A DNA stretch of 64,000 nt from Paraspadella gotoi (lineage: Eukaryota > Animalia > Chaetognatha): the NCBI GenBank assembly GCA_051294375.1, contig CM119269.1, positions 7,019,552-7,083,551 on the forward strand. The letters are read 5' to 3'. The notes beneath the pieces are model-generated. The model saw nothing but the letters and a program-made list of their open reading frames with translations, searched no databases and was not told the DNA's origin. Positions within the stretch are counted from its first letter, which is position 1. Each line of letters starts with the position of its first letter. This document shows, in pieces, positions 11,941 through 26,412 of this stretch. The position numbers were made by a program, and so were the translations under genes.

Positions 11941-14047
11941 TGAGAGAGAGAGAAGAGAGAGAGTGGCGTTGTAATAGGTGGTTCGGGCTGAGTGGTTGTG
12001 GTGGCTGAGGAGATGGTATGAGACGAAAAGATCCCGGATCGGAAAACTACTCTTACTTTAGATTCCTCCATAAATTTTTAAATTTGTCAGAACGTTTTCT
12101 CTTTTTTCCATATTTTTTTTGACGGCTAAAACGTTTCTCTGATTACGAAAATTTCATTGAAAAAATAAAAAATTAATAGTACCAATAGTTAGTGTTATGT
12201 CTCGAATAGATGGAAAAAAAAACCTCGTTTAAAAAGTTTCGATCGGGAAGTGGGTAAACTAAGGCTTACCAATGGCATCCTCCACGCCAATCGTTCTCTC
12301 AAATAATTTTTTTATTTTTAATACATTTGAAGGGAAAAAAAGGAAAAATTCATGGAATGCAGTTGCAGAAAGGGTACAGATAATCTGGACATACTGACAT
12401 GATAATCATGACCTTTTATGTCTTGTGAAATGGGGGCAGTAAAAAACCTAAAAATTCGATCATTAAGTCAGTCAATGAACCCTTTCCAATGGGCTATTCC
12501 GCGAAATTTTTTTTCTAATTTAAACGTGATAAGTAGAAAGAATTAAATTCCTTGGTATAAAGGTTGTTATATTTAAAAGAAACTTATCAATACCAAATAA
12601 ACACAATTGATGTCTTGCTGTGTCAAATATGTCAACCAGCTATGATAATTTTTTAAAATTTTATTATGATAAACAAGCAGCGTGTCAAGCTTTTTGTTTG
12701 CAGTTGAAGATAAATGAAAAATGACAATTTTTTTTCACAGACAAGAAGGTTAGACGTCCAGACTGTTTATATATCAATCGTGAAAATATTTTTGATTATC
12801 ATTTTCATTATTTAAAAAACACATTTTATCCAGACTTACTTCATAAGATTTTGCTTGTTTTTACTTTAACAAAAATACAAGCAAATTTATAGAGTAGAGC
12901 AAATTTAATGGGTTATATAAAATGTAATTTAGTCTTCCTTTTTCAAAAATTACGAAAGAAGAAAAAAAATTTCACGATGCTTCATTGAAATTGTTTAATG
13001 CAAAAAACTGTTATATTTTAACTCCGATTTAAATAAAAGCTGTGTAAAGATTTATGGATAAAATTTAATAAAACTATTTCAGAGAGGTGTTCCCATGACT
13101 TAGGCTTTAATTTAATACGCTCACCCACTTTCCTGACCTCTTTTCTTTCCAAAGTTTATCTAAGAAAATAACTTTTTTTTACGCGTGAGAGAACTAGGAT
13201 TTGAACTACGCCAGTACAATCTTTGGTTAAATAAAAATGTTTCAGCAAAGCGGGAGTATCTCAATTTATCCTATTGGACAATACCTAAATTTTAAAATAA
13301 ACTTAAAGAAAAATTTTCCGTCCTCTAGAGACATATCACTTTCAGTTTACCCATCGTCTTACACATTTTATGGATTATGCTGGAAGAAATCAGCAAAACG
13401 TTTTCTCTTTTTTTAAATATTTTGTACTACGCGTCAGAAATCTAAGAAGAAATCGAAAATTTTATTCTGGACAATTTTGCCTTTCAAGGCTGACGTTTAT
13501 AGACTATATCTCGGAAACCATTGCTAGGAATTTAAAAACGGTTTTTTGCAAGTGAATATTGATATCATCTCCAGGGACCGGCATAAAAATATATAAAAAA
13601 ATAAACTAATATTGGCTCTCGAGTGAGGTATCTACTTACTTCGTACTTGATCATGTTCGAATGAGAATCAAATTATTAATCGAGTAACTTTAACCAAAGA
13701 CAAAAAAAAATAATTAAGCGGCATTGAATTTGGATTATACGATCCCTTTTTAGATGATCAAATGACTGTACACTGTACAAGTATGATACATGTGCACGTT
13801 AAGGTTTATAGTAACTCACTTTCATACCAAATATGAATATAGTGATAAAGTATACCCAAATTATAAACATTTTTAATATAAGTAGGATGGACCGATAGAT
13901 AGAGAGGTTCACCGACCGACCGACCGACCGGACGCCCAAGTGTCTTATAGAATTATAGAGTTTCTCCGCGAGTAATCGCGGCGCTGAGACTTACTTCGGC
14001 GGCCTTCGACGCTCGCGTGGAGCAAAAAAAGAGGAGATGAAAAGGCT

Positions 14048-14764
14048 TAGGACTAAGCTCTGACAAAAAGTCAGAGGTTTTTTAATATATTCTTTGACCG
14101 GCCAATGTAGAATGATGGCAATATTGCTATTTTTAAGTTTCAAAAAAATCCGACCATAAATATAGAAAATATTAACCAAAATCTTCGGAAAATCCACCCT
14201 TTCTTTGGAAATTTTCGCCATATAGGATTTTTTCAGAATCTGACTCCCGGTTGAAAACTCTTAGAATTCCGATCGTTAGCTCCTCTTTTACTTTTACTTT
14301 AAATAAAAATTTCACCAAAATGACTAATTCACTTTAACATGATCGTATCATATTCAAATAACCAAATGAAATGTAAAGAAAAATTTTGAGAGCCCTTCAG
14401 ACATATTGCTATCGGATTCCTGAATTCGAAGTTTATTGTAAAATGACAACATACCTTAAATGCGTTGACATTGTATTGAAGTTGAGAAATCCCTTTATTT
14501 TATATATAAAAATTGCGTCAAAATATTTTCTCGAGTGGACCAGTCCATTTGAATCGAATGGTTCGATGTCAAAATGATGGTTATTTGTCATGAGAAAAAA
14601 AATGCGAGCCCTTCAGATGCAACAGGATCGGAATCGAGTGTTTTTACATCTATTTTTTACCTGAATTTTTCCCAGGGGCATTGACATTATTTGGTAGTCA
14701 GATTTTAACAAAAATCTCCATTGGAAAAAGTCTTCCTCGATTTCTAAGACGACGTAGACTCCTA
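14048..14764 (+). mobile_element. ~715-bp non-autonomous DNA transposon, TAGG...CCTA ends, 7-bp TSD AAAGGCT
   Basis: AAAGGCT|TAGGACTAAGC...GTAGACTCCTA|AAAGGCT; the same insertion in block B spans 21707-25384. Confidence 0.85.
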
Positions 14765-15066
14765 AAAGGCTCGGCTGTGGTAAGCGGATGTTTCTTTGCG
14801 CTTCCATTTACTTGGGTTTTCTGGTTGCTATGGTAAACAAGTTTCCGTCTTACGCGAGTAAGTTAGAGAAGAGCTTCTGCATCGCTTCGCAGTAACGAAA
14901 ACCATCGAGATTGAGTGAGAATCACTAAAAATTACGTTCTACATCACTTGTCTACTATGACTTGTCTCTTTTAATTTCTCAATTACCATTAAGACATTGC
15001 CCTGTCTGTCTGTCGTGTCTGTCTTTCGTTCTTCCTTTCTTTCTTCTTTCTTTCTTTCTTTCTTTC

Positions 15067-15099
<33 letters not shown>

Positions 15100-15766
15100 T
15101 TCCTTCCTTCCTTCCTTCCTTCCTTCCTTCCTTCCTTCTTCTTCCTTCCTTCTTTCTTCTTTCTTCTTCTTGCTTTCTTTTTTTTTTTTCTTTTTCTTTC
15201 TTCTTTCTTTCTTTCTTTCTTTTCTCTCTATTCTTCTTTATCCTCAAATATATCTCTCTCTCTCCGTGCTCGTCTTCACTTCGGCGACGGTGAAAAAGTA
15301 AATTTCCATTCTGTTTTCGCGGAATGGCAAATTTAATCTTCTGTGAACCAGTTTGTGAATTGCGCGTTCAGCTGCTAATCTCTCCCATTATTTTCCTTTT
15401 TTCTTTCTTTTCCTTACCTTTTCTTTCCTTCTTTCTTTTTTTTTAATTTTCCCTTTTCAAATGCCTCATATTTTCTTCTCTCCGATACAAAACTTTTACA
15501 TATTTAAACATCTTCGCTTATGAAATAACTCGCGACAATCGTCGCCGCCGACCGAAAAAAATTTTATTATTATTTTTTTTTATCGTGAATTTTATTTATT
15601 TTCGGAAAACAAATTTGGGTCGTGTGGGTGAACGCAATAAACTTCTCCCTTCGCATCCGACATTTTTTTCCTTTTTTTTTCTCTCTTCTTCTTTTTTATT
15701 GTTTTCGTCGACTTTTTTGTTTACTCCCTTTTGTTTCAGCGGTCTTTTTCCTCTCTCGTCTCTCTC

Positions 15767-15820
<54 letters not shown>

Positions 15821-16215
15821 CTCCTTTTTTTACAAGGCTCCAATCACTTTCCGATATGTTTTATTTCATCATCATTTTTATTATTTGTAATTTTTCATGT
15901 TTTTCTTTGAGCGTTGGAAACGACTTTTTTTCATATATTTATTAAGAAGTCTGTTATGATTTTTTATGTTACGATGTGTTATGATCTGTTAAGATCACAA
16001 ATTAAAAGGCATTAGCTTATTAAGCGCTTAATTATCGTAGGCAGATCCGTCATTATTTGCTCAAACTTGTTTTATCCTGAAAAGTTTCAGAAATAGGATA
16101 TTGTTATGTCAAAAAAAAAAAAAGATTTGCTCTAATTTCAACGTTTCTTTTAAGTCGAAACCAGTGAAATTGTTTAAATACAAATTTTTTTTTATTTTTA
16201 AATTTTTCATACGCC

Positions 16216-16476
16216 TATGGCAACAGCCGGGTTGCCTGTGATGCCCATTGGGATGGGGCTATCTCAACTGTTGGCTTTGGGGCTTCCGACCCTCAGTGAC
16301 GCCTTCCAGTCACTGGCGCGTGTTACCCTAGGACGGTCTCGCTTTTGCCAACGCAGAGGGAAGTCGTTTAGGACTTTGGATGGAACAACTACGCTTGGGA
16401 TGGTGTGTTCCCCTCTGAGCCAATGGATTTTGGCTGACGGATGGTGGAACGTGAGGCGGTGTGAATATACCACCAC
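16216..16476 (-). mobile_element. GC-rich structured SINE-like repeat, full length
   Basis: Flanked by ACGCC direct repeats; an empty-site-like CATACGCCCATAT occurs near 42208. Confidence 0.8.
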
Positions 16477-17203
16477 ACGCCCATATTAATACATAGTTAG
16501 TCTCGCCATAAAATTGTTAAGATTTTAAAATGTTTAGTTAGATTTATGTTTTGAAAGCAGATTTGAGATTCCCCCCCTCTCCAAACGAAAAGTATGATAA
16601 AGTGAAGGATAACATCTTTTATAGGAAAATTATTTCATTAAGTGGGTCAAAATCCTAAAAAAAAACTGTTATCGTTAAACTTATAATTTAATTTTAGTAT
16701 AACTTAATGAAATAGATTTTTGATTTAACGACATGATATATTTTACGATGTAAGCACTTTTCATGCGGGGAATTCAAGATCTGCTTTCGAAAACATAAAA
16801 AAAACTATTATCTAAATATTGACATTTTCTATTGTGAGTACTCTAGTCTGTAGAAATATGGTCCATATGCAAAAAATTGAGAAAATTCAACAAAAATGTT
16901 TTTTTTTATAATAGTCAATCATTTGGGTTTAGATAAAAACAAAGACAGTTCGATTGAACCAACATATTCGAATTTTGATTGCAACTTTCACTACGCCTTA
17001 TTATATATACCTATATATTTCTTATTTGTTAATTCCATCCACCATTGCTTTTGGTATATGACAATGGCATCCACCATGTCAGCTTAGCACTGGTTGCTGT
17101 CCTGTGCGCCCTATAACTAATAACCACCTCTTGCAAACTCAAAATTATATTTCCAATGGACAACAATGAATGTGGGGAAGTTAATACCTAATATGAGTAT
17201 TAC

Positions 17204-17914
17204 TAGAGTCTACGTCGTTCTTAGAAATCGAGGAAGACTTTTTCAATGGAGATTTTCGTTAAAATCTGACTACCAAATAATGCCAACGCCCCTGGGAAAA
17301 ATTCAGGTAAAAACAGATGTAAAAAACACTCGATTCGATCCTGTTGCATCTGAAGGGCTCGCATTTTTTTTCTCTTGACAAATAACCATCATTTTGACAT
17401 CAAACCATCAGATTCAAATGGACTGGTCGCTCGGGAAAATATTTTTGACGCAATTTTATATATAAATAAAGGGATTTCTCAACTTCAATACAATGTCAAC
17501 GCATTTAACATATGTTGTGATTTTACAATAAACTTCAAATTCAGGAATCCGATAGCCATATGTCTGAAGGCTCTCAAAATTTTCTTTACATTTTATTGTT
17601 ATTTTGATATGATACGATCATGGTAAAGTGAATTAGTCCATTTGGTGAAATTTTATTTAAAGTAAAAGTAAAAGAGGAGCTAACGATCGGAATTTCTAAG
17701 AGTTTTCAACCGGGAGTCAGATTCGGGAAAAATCTTCTATGGCGAAAATCTTCCAAAGAAGGGTCAATTTTCCAAATATTTTGGTTAATATTTTCTATAT
17801 TTATGGTAGGATTTTTTTTAAACTTAATATTAACAATATTGCCATCATTCTACCTTGGCCGGTATAAGAATATATTAAAAAAACCTCTGGCTTTGTTGTC
17901 AGAGCTTAGTCCTA
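17204..17914 (-). mobile_element. 7-bp-TSD MITE, inverted copy, absent from block B
   Basis: (T)TATTAC|TAGAGTCTACG...TTAGTCCTA|TTATTAC; empty site ATGAGTTATTACTATTAG at ~27688-27705. Confidence 0.85.
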
Positions 17915-19163
17915 TTATTACTATTAGTTAACTTTAATTGTCATTCTACCATTTCACTCCTACATTTAATTTTAAAACTCGCTACGTCGCAAAAAAGGGG
18001 AAAAATAAACAAAAAAGATAAATTATTTTAACAGTTCAATCAGCTCCGTCCTCTCGGCACTGCTTCTCGATTCCCTACGTGCGGAATCTTAGCGTCGGAC
18101 GCCATTTAGCAGACCTCACGCCTAGTGCGATACCAGCGGCGCCGCGTCATGCCACCTTTCCGCATACACAATCTTTTCTTCCTTCTTCTAGTCTGGTTAT
18201 TGACTTCCAAACTTCTAGATTTCCGAATCGATTCCATTGCAATTTAGACTTTCTCGGCCGAAAGCAATCGGGAAATTAGATTGACAGAGAATTCGCACCT
18301 GAACATCTTTGCCTCCGAGCATCATTGTCGTATTCGCTATCAAAACTTTAGGAAGGACTGTGGCTCACCATGTGGCTATCGCCATGAGCGTCAGTTGATA
18401 AGATGGCGCTGACCGAAAACGGGTGTTGTTATCAATAAAAACGTTTCTAACCAATTTGCTTGGTTAATTATAAAAGCAGACCTTAATAAAATAAACAAAG
18501 CATATAGATATTCAGTTGCTTTTGCCAGCAAGCAGCTACAATATCTATATGCACAACATTAGTAAAATAAAGCATTAACAATAATAAACATTGTAAAACT
18601 TATTTGTAGTCTAACTGACAATTCCATCTTTTAAAGAGAGAATAAAGAAATCAGTTAACAATAGTAAAACATGTGATGAGATAGCTACTGGAATCTATCT
18701 GTGTATAGTTGTTGTGCTGTTCATTGGTTTATAGTTTAAGTAAACATGCTACTTAAAATAATTAAGTCGTTGGAATATCTATATTTGTTTGTTGGTGTGG
18801 CACATGCCACTAACACCTTATCATTATTTAAAGGTCCCGAGATCGATTCTTTTGTTTATAATTCATTTAATTATTTATTTCATTGATAGGTTTCATATTT
18901 ACAAGTAAGAGATGAAGTTTACAGTCACAGCTACTCGCCCTGATGCTGAATCCTGACTGGTAAGTTATGGGGTTCCATCTTACAGGACTAAATATATATA
19001 TATAAAATATATATCCGGTTACGACTTGCTAAGTTGTTAAAGGAAGTTCTCAAACCTTTGAAGACGTTGATGGTGACAATGCTGCAGAAGAATTTTAAAA
19101 GCTATAATTATATTTTGGTTTAACTTTTATGCTGTATTGTTGAACCAAAAAAGTCACTATTTT

Positions 19164-19376
19164 CTAGTGAAATGTGGCGTAGGGACCTTTAAATCGAGAA
19201 GCCAGCTTTCTCGTAGAAAACCCAACTTTATTTCCATTCCTTTCACGATGGTGCGCAAACTGTCTTGCCGTGAGTTTTCTTGGCCGCCCTGCGCCTTTTT
19301 TGTGTTTGAGAGTATCTCCAGACTTTACTCTTTGTATTACGCGATATATAGATGGACGGCGAACATTTAGCTTCAA
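19164..19376 (-). pseudogene. Tc1/mariner transposase N-terminal DNA-binding remnant
   Basis: KLNVRRPSIYRVIQRVKSGDTLKHKKGAGRPRKLTAR: HTH followed by the GRPRK linker; no DDE domain follows. Confidence 0.75.
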
Positions 19377-19626
19377 AAATACTGTAAAGTAAATGCTGTT
19401 CCTTCTTGTTCATGATTTTTGTAGAATTGGGCAATAAATTGACTGAAAATTGACTGCATCTTGAAACGCGTGGCCGATAAAAAAAAATTCACAGTTTGGT
19501 AGACAAACATCCTAGGCTTTATTTTTAAAAAAAGGAGCTTTCTATGCGTCCTGGACGCCGTCTACAGGCCCCGGAAGCCGTCTCAATAATTATGGGCCAG
19601 ATGTTAGAATCCATCAAAAATTTTAA

Positions 19627-20428
19627 GAGGAAAGGTCATTCAGCATAACAATACGTAATCATTGATATATTAGAGCTAATATATCGAGAAAATACATTAT
19701 AGTCATTAGTAATCACAAAAAAGTTTTATTTATATGTAAACATTCTGTTTCAATCATTTTTTTAAATGGGTAAATAACAAAATTGTTAAGTTAAATGGGT
19801 AAGCACATTTTTTAAAGATTTGTTTTTCAATCTGGTTGTTAAAAAATTCTAGGAAAGAAGTTAAAACACAGTATGGATAGTTTAGAAGGGAGAATTAAAC
19901 AATTAATCTTGTTACTCCGTTGGTTTCCAGTCATGAACAAAAATCTTCCAGTTAAATAGATGGTAAAAGAAATTCGAGCTACAATGAATCTACACTGAAT
20001 TTGAAGAGTTGCAGCCTAAACGACTGCAATAATATTGAATTTAAAAATTGATTAGCAATCTAAAAACATGTGTAAAAATGTAATATAGAGACATTTGATA
20101 AACGCGTTCACATTAGAAAGAATTCAGGGTTAAAGGTTTAAAAACGTTTCATTTTCAAGGATACAAGTTAAAATTTAAAAATGTCTCCTATTACATTTTC
20201 TAATTCAGTAATAAAAAAAATTCATAAAAAATATCAGATGATTGGCTTTTTTGTTTGACCTGCAACTCTTCAGATAGGTTTCTTTTATTTTATATTATAA
20301 ATTAAAACCGATATAAAATAAGGTAGAATGCATCAAATGTTTAAAGTAATACATTTCGGAATCGCCAGGAGCTCAGCTTTCTGAATTTACTCATTTGGCC
20401 TATTTTGAGTGATTAGATGACGCTTTTC
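19627..20428 (+). mobile_element. Kolobok-like non-autonomous DNA transposon (block A copy)
   Basis: TTAA|GAGGAAAGGTCATTCA start; right end degraded; same insertion as 29418-30229. Confidence 0.7.
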
Positions 20429-21228
20429 TTAGATTTAATTTTTTCTTTATATAATAATATAATAATTTTAATTGGCTAGTACTCTCTGAAGAAAAATTTG
20501 ACAAAAAATATTTTACTACATAATCTATGCTCATGATAGATTATTTTAACGCTGATACATTAGAATTTCTATTTCATTGGCTATAGCTATCTATATCTTT
20601 TAGAAAACAGAGAGCATCAATAATCTTATAATTCACTTGCGCTCCAATCTTCCTTACAAAAAGTTCACTGCCCCAAAAGCTCTTTCTGCTTAAACTAATT
20701 TAGAGGTGAAGTGAGCAAAGGGAAATAAACATTATTTACTTAAAAATATAATTGTCTGTTTCAAGTTACTTCATAGATTATAATTATTTTCTTGTTTTAT
20801 TAGAATATCTGTCAACATTTTTTATGGAGTGAGAGAGTGCAAGAACTTATTTATCCCATAAGCTATTAATTTTTTAAAATTTGCTCTTTTTTTTGGATGG
20901 TGTGTATAGAAGAATATTTATACAAATATCCTTCATGACAATAAATCACTGCAATATTTTCCTTAAATAATTCTTTCGTTTACGCTTTCATACAACCAGA
21001 CTCAGATTTTTTTTGTAAGTAAAAACATAAGTCATTTATATATTCTATTTTCATATTGGATTGGTTATGATTGATTTGGCAATAAGCGGAGAAATGTTGC
21101 CTTAAAAATCCAGCTTTAATTTAATCAAATTAATTCAAAATTGAAATAATAAAATTTTAAAATATATAGGTATCATAAAAAGCTTGGGAAAGACTAAATT
21201 AAAATGGTTAAAAATAATTGATAATACT

Positions 21229-21253
21229 NNNNNNNNNNNNNNNNNNNNNNNNN
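21229..21253. other. Assembly gap (25 N)
   Basis: N run. Confidence 1.
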
Positions 21254-21745
21254 AAATAAACTAATATTGGCTCTCGAGTGAGGTATCTACTTACTTCGTA
21301 CTTGATCATGTTCGAATGAGAATCAAATTATTAATCGAGTAACTTTAACCAAAGACAAAAAAAAATAATTAAGCGGCATTGAATTTTGGATTATACGATC
21401 CCTTTTTAGATGATCAAATGACTGTACACTGTACAAGTATGATACATGTGCACGTTAAAGGTTTTATAGTAACTCACTTTCATACCAAATATGAAATATA
21501 GTGATAAAGTATTACCCAAATTATAAACATTTTTAATATAAGTAGGATGGACCGATAGATAGAGAGGTTCACCGACCGACCGACCGACCGACGCCCAAGT
21601 GTCTTATAGAATTATAGAGTTTCTCCGCGAGTAATCGCGGCGCTGAGACTTACTTCGGCGGCCTTCGACGCTCGCGTGGAGCAAAAAAAGAGGAGATGAA
21701 AAGGCTTAGGACTAAGCTCTGACAAAAAAAGTCAGAGGTTTTTTT

Positions 21746-24107
21746 AGTCGGATCTGCTTATCAGCAGATCCCGACTCTTATAACTCACTTTTTATAACTC
21801 ACTTTTTTCGGTCCGTCGGTCCCGCCCCTCAAATATTTGGTCGGGCACACACTATATATCATGTCAGAACATCGAATTATGATAAATTATGCAAAAAAAA
21901 TGATGTCCGTCCGTCCGTCTGTCTGTTTCCGTCACGTCCGTCCGTCCGTCCGTCCGTTCCGTCCGTCCGTCCGTCCGTCCGGTCCCCGTCGTCCGTCCGT
22001 CCGTCCGTCCGTCCGTCCGTCCGTCCGTCCGTCCGTCCGTCCGTCCGTCCGTCCCGTCCCACCTTAGCAAAAAAACACGCCCAATTACTCGTTGTTGCGA
22101 TGGTCATGGATTTAATGAAATTTTGTGTGTGATAGGTAACGTGTGTGATGAGCTGGATATTAAGTTCGTGATGGAATTCGTCGAGGGAAATGAGTTTAAT
22201 GGAAAAAACAAAAAAAATATATTCACTATTTGAACACCAATTGCTTCATGGTGGATGGGCTGATTGACCTGGAATTTTGATGTGGGGGTAGGAAAGTGTT
22301 GTGATTGAACAGAAATCAAGTTCTCGATGGAATGTTTGAGTTGGAAATGGAGTTTAAATGGAAACAAACAAAAAACCTGTTTTTTACAATTGATTATGCT
22401 TCTTTTTCCTTGGTTATATTAAATGTATCTGCAGGAATTGTATTAAAAATCAAATTAATTATCAGTTAATTAAGTCAATTTAGTACAATAAATTAATCCA
22501 ATAATTAATTATTAGTCAATCAATCCGTCCATCCGTCCCATCTTAGGCAAAAAGCTCCAATAACTCGTGATTTGGCTGGTGGATTGGGAATTAATTTGCT
22601 TGTGGGTTAGGAAAGTGTGTGATAAAGGCTGGATGATTAAAAATCGATGGAATCGTTGTGAGTGCGAAATTAGTTTAAATGGAAAAAAACATAAGTCAAA
22701 TTTACTAAAATCTTTTTACGTTATTTTAACCAATAAATACTCAATTAATCATAATGGATGGATAGATTGAGTTGAAATTTGTGTCGTAATGTACGAGTGC
22801 TCTGTGTGGTAGGAAAACTATGACGAAGCTTGATATAAGTTTCGTGGAAACGTACCAGTGGAAATGAGTTTAAAATGATAAAAAAATATGAGGTCACATT
22901 TACTTGAATCTTTTTATTTATTTTAAACCATGATAGATTGGAGATGCAAATTTTGTGAGCGGTAGGAAAGTGAGTTTGAAGAAGCTAGATATTTAAGTTA
23001 TTGACGGAATGCAAGTTGAAAAAATGGATGCAATGTTGAAAAAATGATGCAAGTTAAAAAAATCTTAAAAGCATATAGGATCGTCGCTTATGCATAAAAA
23101 GGAGAGAGAGAGAGAGAAAGAGAGAGTGATGAGAGAGAAAGAGGAGAGAGAGAGAGAGAAGGAGACATGAAATAAAAAAGGCTTAAAAGACTCCAGATCG
23201 AGCCAGAGCCCACTATCATAGGAAAATTAATTGAAAAAAACGGGAAAAAAACGAATGAATCAATGCGATTGAACGAATTTGATTGTTACTAGTAATTATT
23301 GAGTAATACTAATTGATTGATTTGTAATAGTAATTTATTGATTGTAATTGTTGGACATAAAATCTCGTCTGGAATTGATTATTGATTCGATGATAATCAA
23401 TTATTGATGCGATGATAGTCATTCACTGCTGTGATGATAGTCATTCAGTGATGCGTATGATTGTCATTTCATTGATTCGATGATTGTCATTCATTGATGC
23501 GATGATTAGTCAATAAAACAAACAAATGCCGTGGTTTGTATGAGTGAAAGATAGAGAGATGATGAGACGAGAGGCATAGAGAGAGATGAGAGAGAGAAAA
23601 GAGGAGAAAGAGAGATGAGAGAGAGAAAGAGGAGAGAGATGAGAGAGAGAGAGAAAGAAAGAGAATAAATCCACGAAAATCTCGGATGAAAAGTATGGGA
23701 TTTTGTATTTGAAAAAAAAAGCGCGGAAATAAATGGCAATAATTAAAAAGTTTTTAGAAGGAAAAAAATAATCAGATTTTTCAAAAAACAAACGATCACG
23801 CAAAAGGATCGGCAGTAGGACAGACACACACAGAGAGACAGAGAGACAGAGAGAGAGAAGAAAAAGATGAGAGAGAGAGAGACAGCCGCTGCAGAGAAAA
23901 AGAGAAAGAGAAAGACGATATTATAATAATTAAAAGAGAGAGAGAGCAGAAGAAGCTTACAGCCCCTTTACTCGGTTAAAGAATCAGCAGTGACTTATAC
24001 GCGCACGTATTTAAGCGTGAGCTATTCTTCTACCGGGTTCGCGCCCTATTCGCGGCATCGTTTTTTTACATTAGTGAACCCAATTATATCTAAAAAATTT
24101 TTTGTAA

Positions 24108-24155
<48 letters not shown>

Positions 24156-24705
24156 AAGAAGCTGTACAGACGCCCTGCAGAGCCGGAACTCGTTTTTTAG
24201 AAGAAGCAGTGACGGAGAAAAAGAGAGAGAGAGAGAGCGACATATAAACTTAAAACGTTTTTGTTTTGAGTTAAATAAAACTAAAACAATACGGAATATT
24301 GATATTGAAACATGAGAATTTTAAAGATCTTGATGATTTAGAAGCCATATTTATGAAAATTCAACTCCTATGATATCACACTTTCAAAGCCAATGATTGC
24401 AAAAAAGCGAGACGAAAGCTAAACCGAAAAAAAATCTTAGGACAGACGGGCTTTGCCCGCTGGCTCGATAATAGAGGGATATTTGTTTTGTTTTGATAAA
24501 ATGTAACAAAACATTTGAATAACTGTTCCTGACTCATTTTAAGGACTCGATTGATACAAGTCTGAATATAAATTATATTACTATTAATTAATTACTTAAT
24601 TAATCTATTAATTAATTATTAATCTTATTAATTAATTAATTAATTTATTAATCAATTAATTAATTAATTATCGTAGGCAGATCGACATTGTTTGCTCAAA
24701 CTGTT
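21746..24705 (+). mobile_element. ~3-kb non-autonomous Helentron/DINE-1-like (HINE) element
   Basis: T-run|AGTCGGATCTGC ttatca GCAGATCCCGAC 5' hairpin; (GTCC)n microsatellite 21905-22055; 3' subterminal inverted repeat GCAGAT(C)CGAC plus GTTTG-CT-CAAAC stem-loop; no TSD; absent from block A (empty site ~14077-14090). Confidence 0.8.
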
Positions 24706-25441
24706 ATATTTCTTTGACCGGCCAATGTAGAATGATGCAATATTGCTATTTTTAAGTTTCAAAAAATCCGACCATAAATATAGAAAATATTAACCAAAAT
24801 CTTTCGGAAAATCCACCCCTTCTTTGGAAGATTTTCGGCCATATAGGATTTTTTCAGAATCTGACTCCCGGTTGAAAACTCTTAGAATTCCGATCGTTAA
24901 CTCCTCTTTTACTTTTACTTTAAATAAAAATTTCACCAAAATGGACTAATTCACTTTAACATGATCGTATCATATTCAAATAACCAAATGAAATGTAAAG
25001 AAAAATTTTGAGAGCCCTTCAGACATATTTGCTATCGGATTCCTGAATTCGAAGTTTATTGTAAAATGACAACATACCTTAAATGCGTTGACATTGTATT
25101 GAAGTTGAGAAATCCCTTTATTTATATAATAAAAATTGCGTCAAAAATATTTTCCCGAGTGGACCAGTCCATTTGAATCGAATGGTTCGATGTCAAAATG
25201 ATGGTTATTTGTCATGAGAAAAAAAATGCGAGCCCTTCAGATGCAACAGGATCGGAATCGAGTGTTTTTACATCTATTTTTTACCTGAATTTTTCCCAGG
25301 GCATTGACATTATTTTGTCAGATTTTAACAAAAATCTCCATTGAAAAAGTCTTCCTCGATTTCTAAGAACGACGTAGACTCCTAAAAGGCTCGGCTGTGG
25401 TAAGCGGATGTTTCTTTCGCTTCCCATTACTTGGGTTTCTG

Positions 25442-25455
25442 GTTGCTATGGAAAC
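25442..25455 (+). promoter_or_regulatory. RFX X-box motif
   Basis: GTTGCTATGGAAAC matches GTHNYY-AT-RRNAAC; block A equivalent GTTGCTATGGTAAAC at 14824-14838. Confidence 0.4.
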
Positions 25456-26349
25456 AAGTTCGTCTTACGCGGTAATTGAGAGGGCATCGCTTCACAGTAA
25501 CGAAACCATCGAGATTGAGTGAGAATCACTAAAAATTACTTCTACATCACTTGTCGACATGACTTGTCTCTTTTAATTTCTCAATTACCTTAAGACATTG
25601 CCCTGTCTGGTCTGTCTGTTCTGTCTTTCTTTCTTTTCTTTTCTTTCTTTTCTTTCTTTCTTTTCTTTCTTTCTTTCTTTCTTTTTTCTTTCTTTCTTTC
25701 TTTCTTCTTCTTCCTTCCTTCTTCCTTCCTTCCTTCTTTCTTCTTTCTTTCTTTCTTTCTCTTCTTCTTCTTTCTTCTTTCTTTCTTCTTCTTTCTTTCT
25801 TTCTTTCTTTCTTTTCTCTCTATTCTTTTTTATCCTCAATATATATCTCTCTCTCTCTCTCGTCTTTCAAACTTCGGCGACGTGAAAAAGTAAATTTCCA
25901 TTCTGTTTTCGCGGAATGCAAATTTAATCTTCTGTGAACCAGTTTGTGAATTTGCGCGTCTCAGCTGCTAATCTCTCCCATTTTTTCCCTTTTTTTTTTC
26001 TTTCTTTTCCTTACCTTTTCTTTCCTTCTTTTCTTTTTTTTTTTTAATTTTCCCTTTCAAATGCCTCAATTTCTTCTCTCCCGATACAAAAACTTTTACA
26101 TATTTAAACATCTTCGCTTATGAAATAACCTCGCGACAATCGTCGCCGCCACCGAAAAAAATTTTTATTATTTTTTTTTTATCTAGTGAATTTTATTATT
26201 TTTCGGAAACAAATTTGGGTCGTTGGGTGGAACGCAATAAATTCTCCCTTCACATCCGACATTTTTTTCCTTTTTTTTCTCTCTTTCTTTCTTTTTTATT
26301 GTTTCGTCGATTTTTTTTTTACTCCCTTTTGTTTCAGCGGTTTTTCCTT

Positions 26350-26412
<63 letters not shown>

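Larger units (their letters stand above)
13599..21228 (+). repeat. Duplicated block, copy A (copy B = 21254-31035; degraded partial copy C within ~46300-55060)
   Basis: Sequence right after the gap (21254) restarts at 13599. The blocks are collinear apart from small indels and two TE insertions. Confidence 0.9.
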
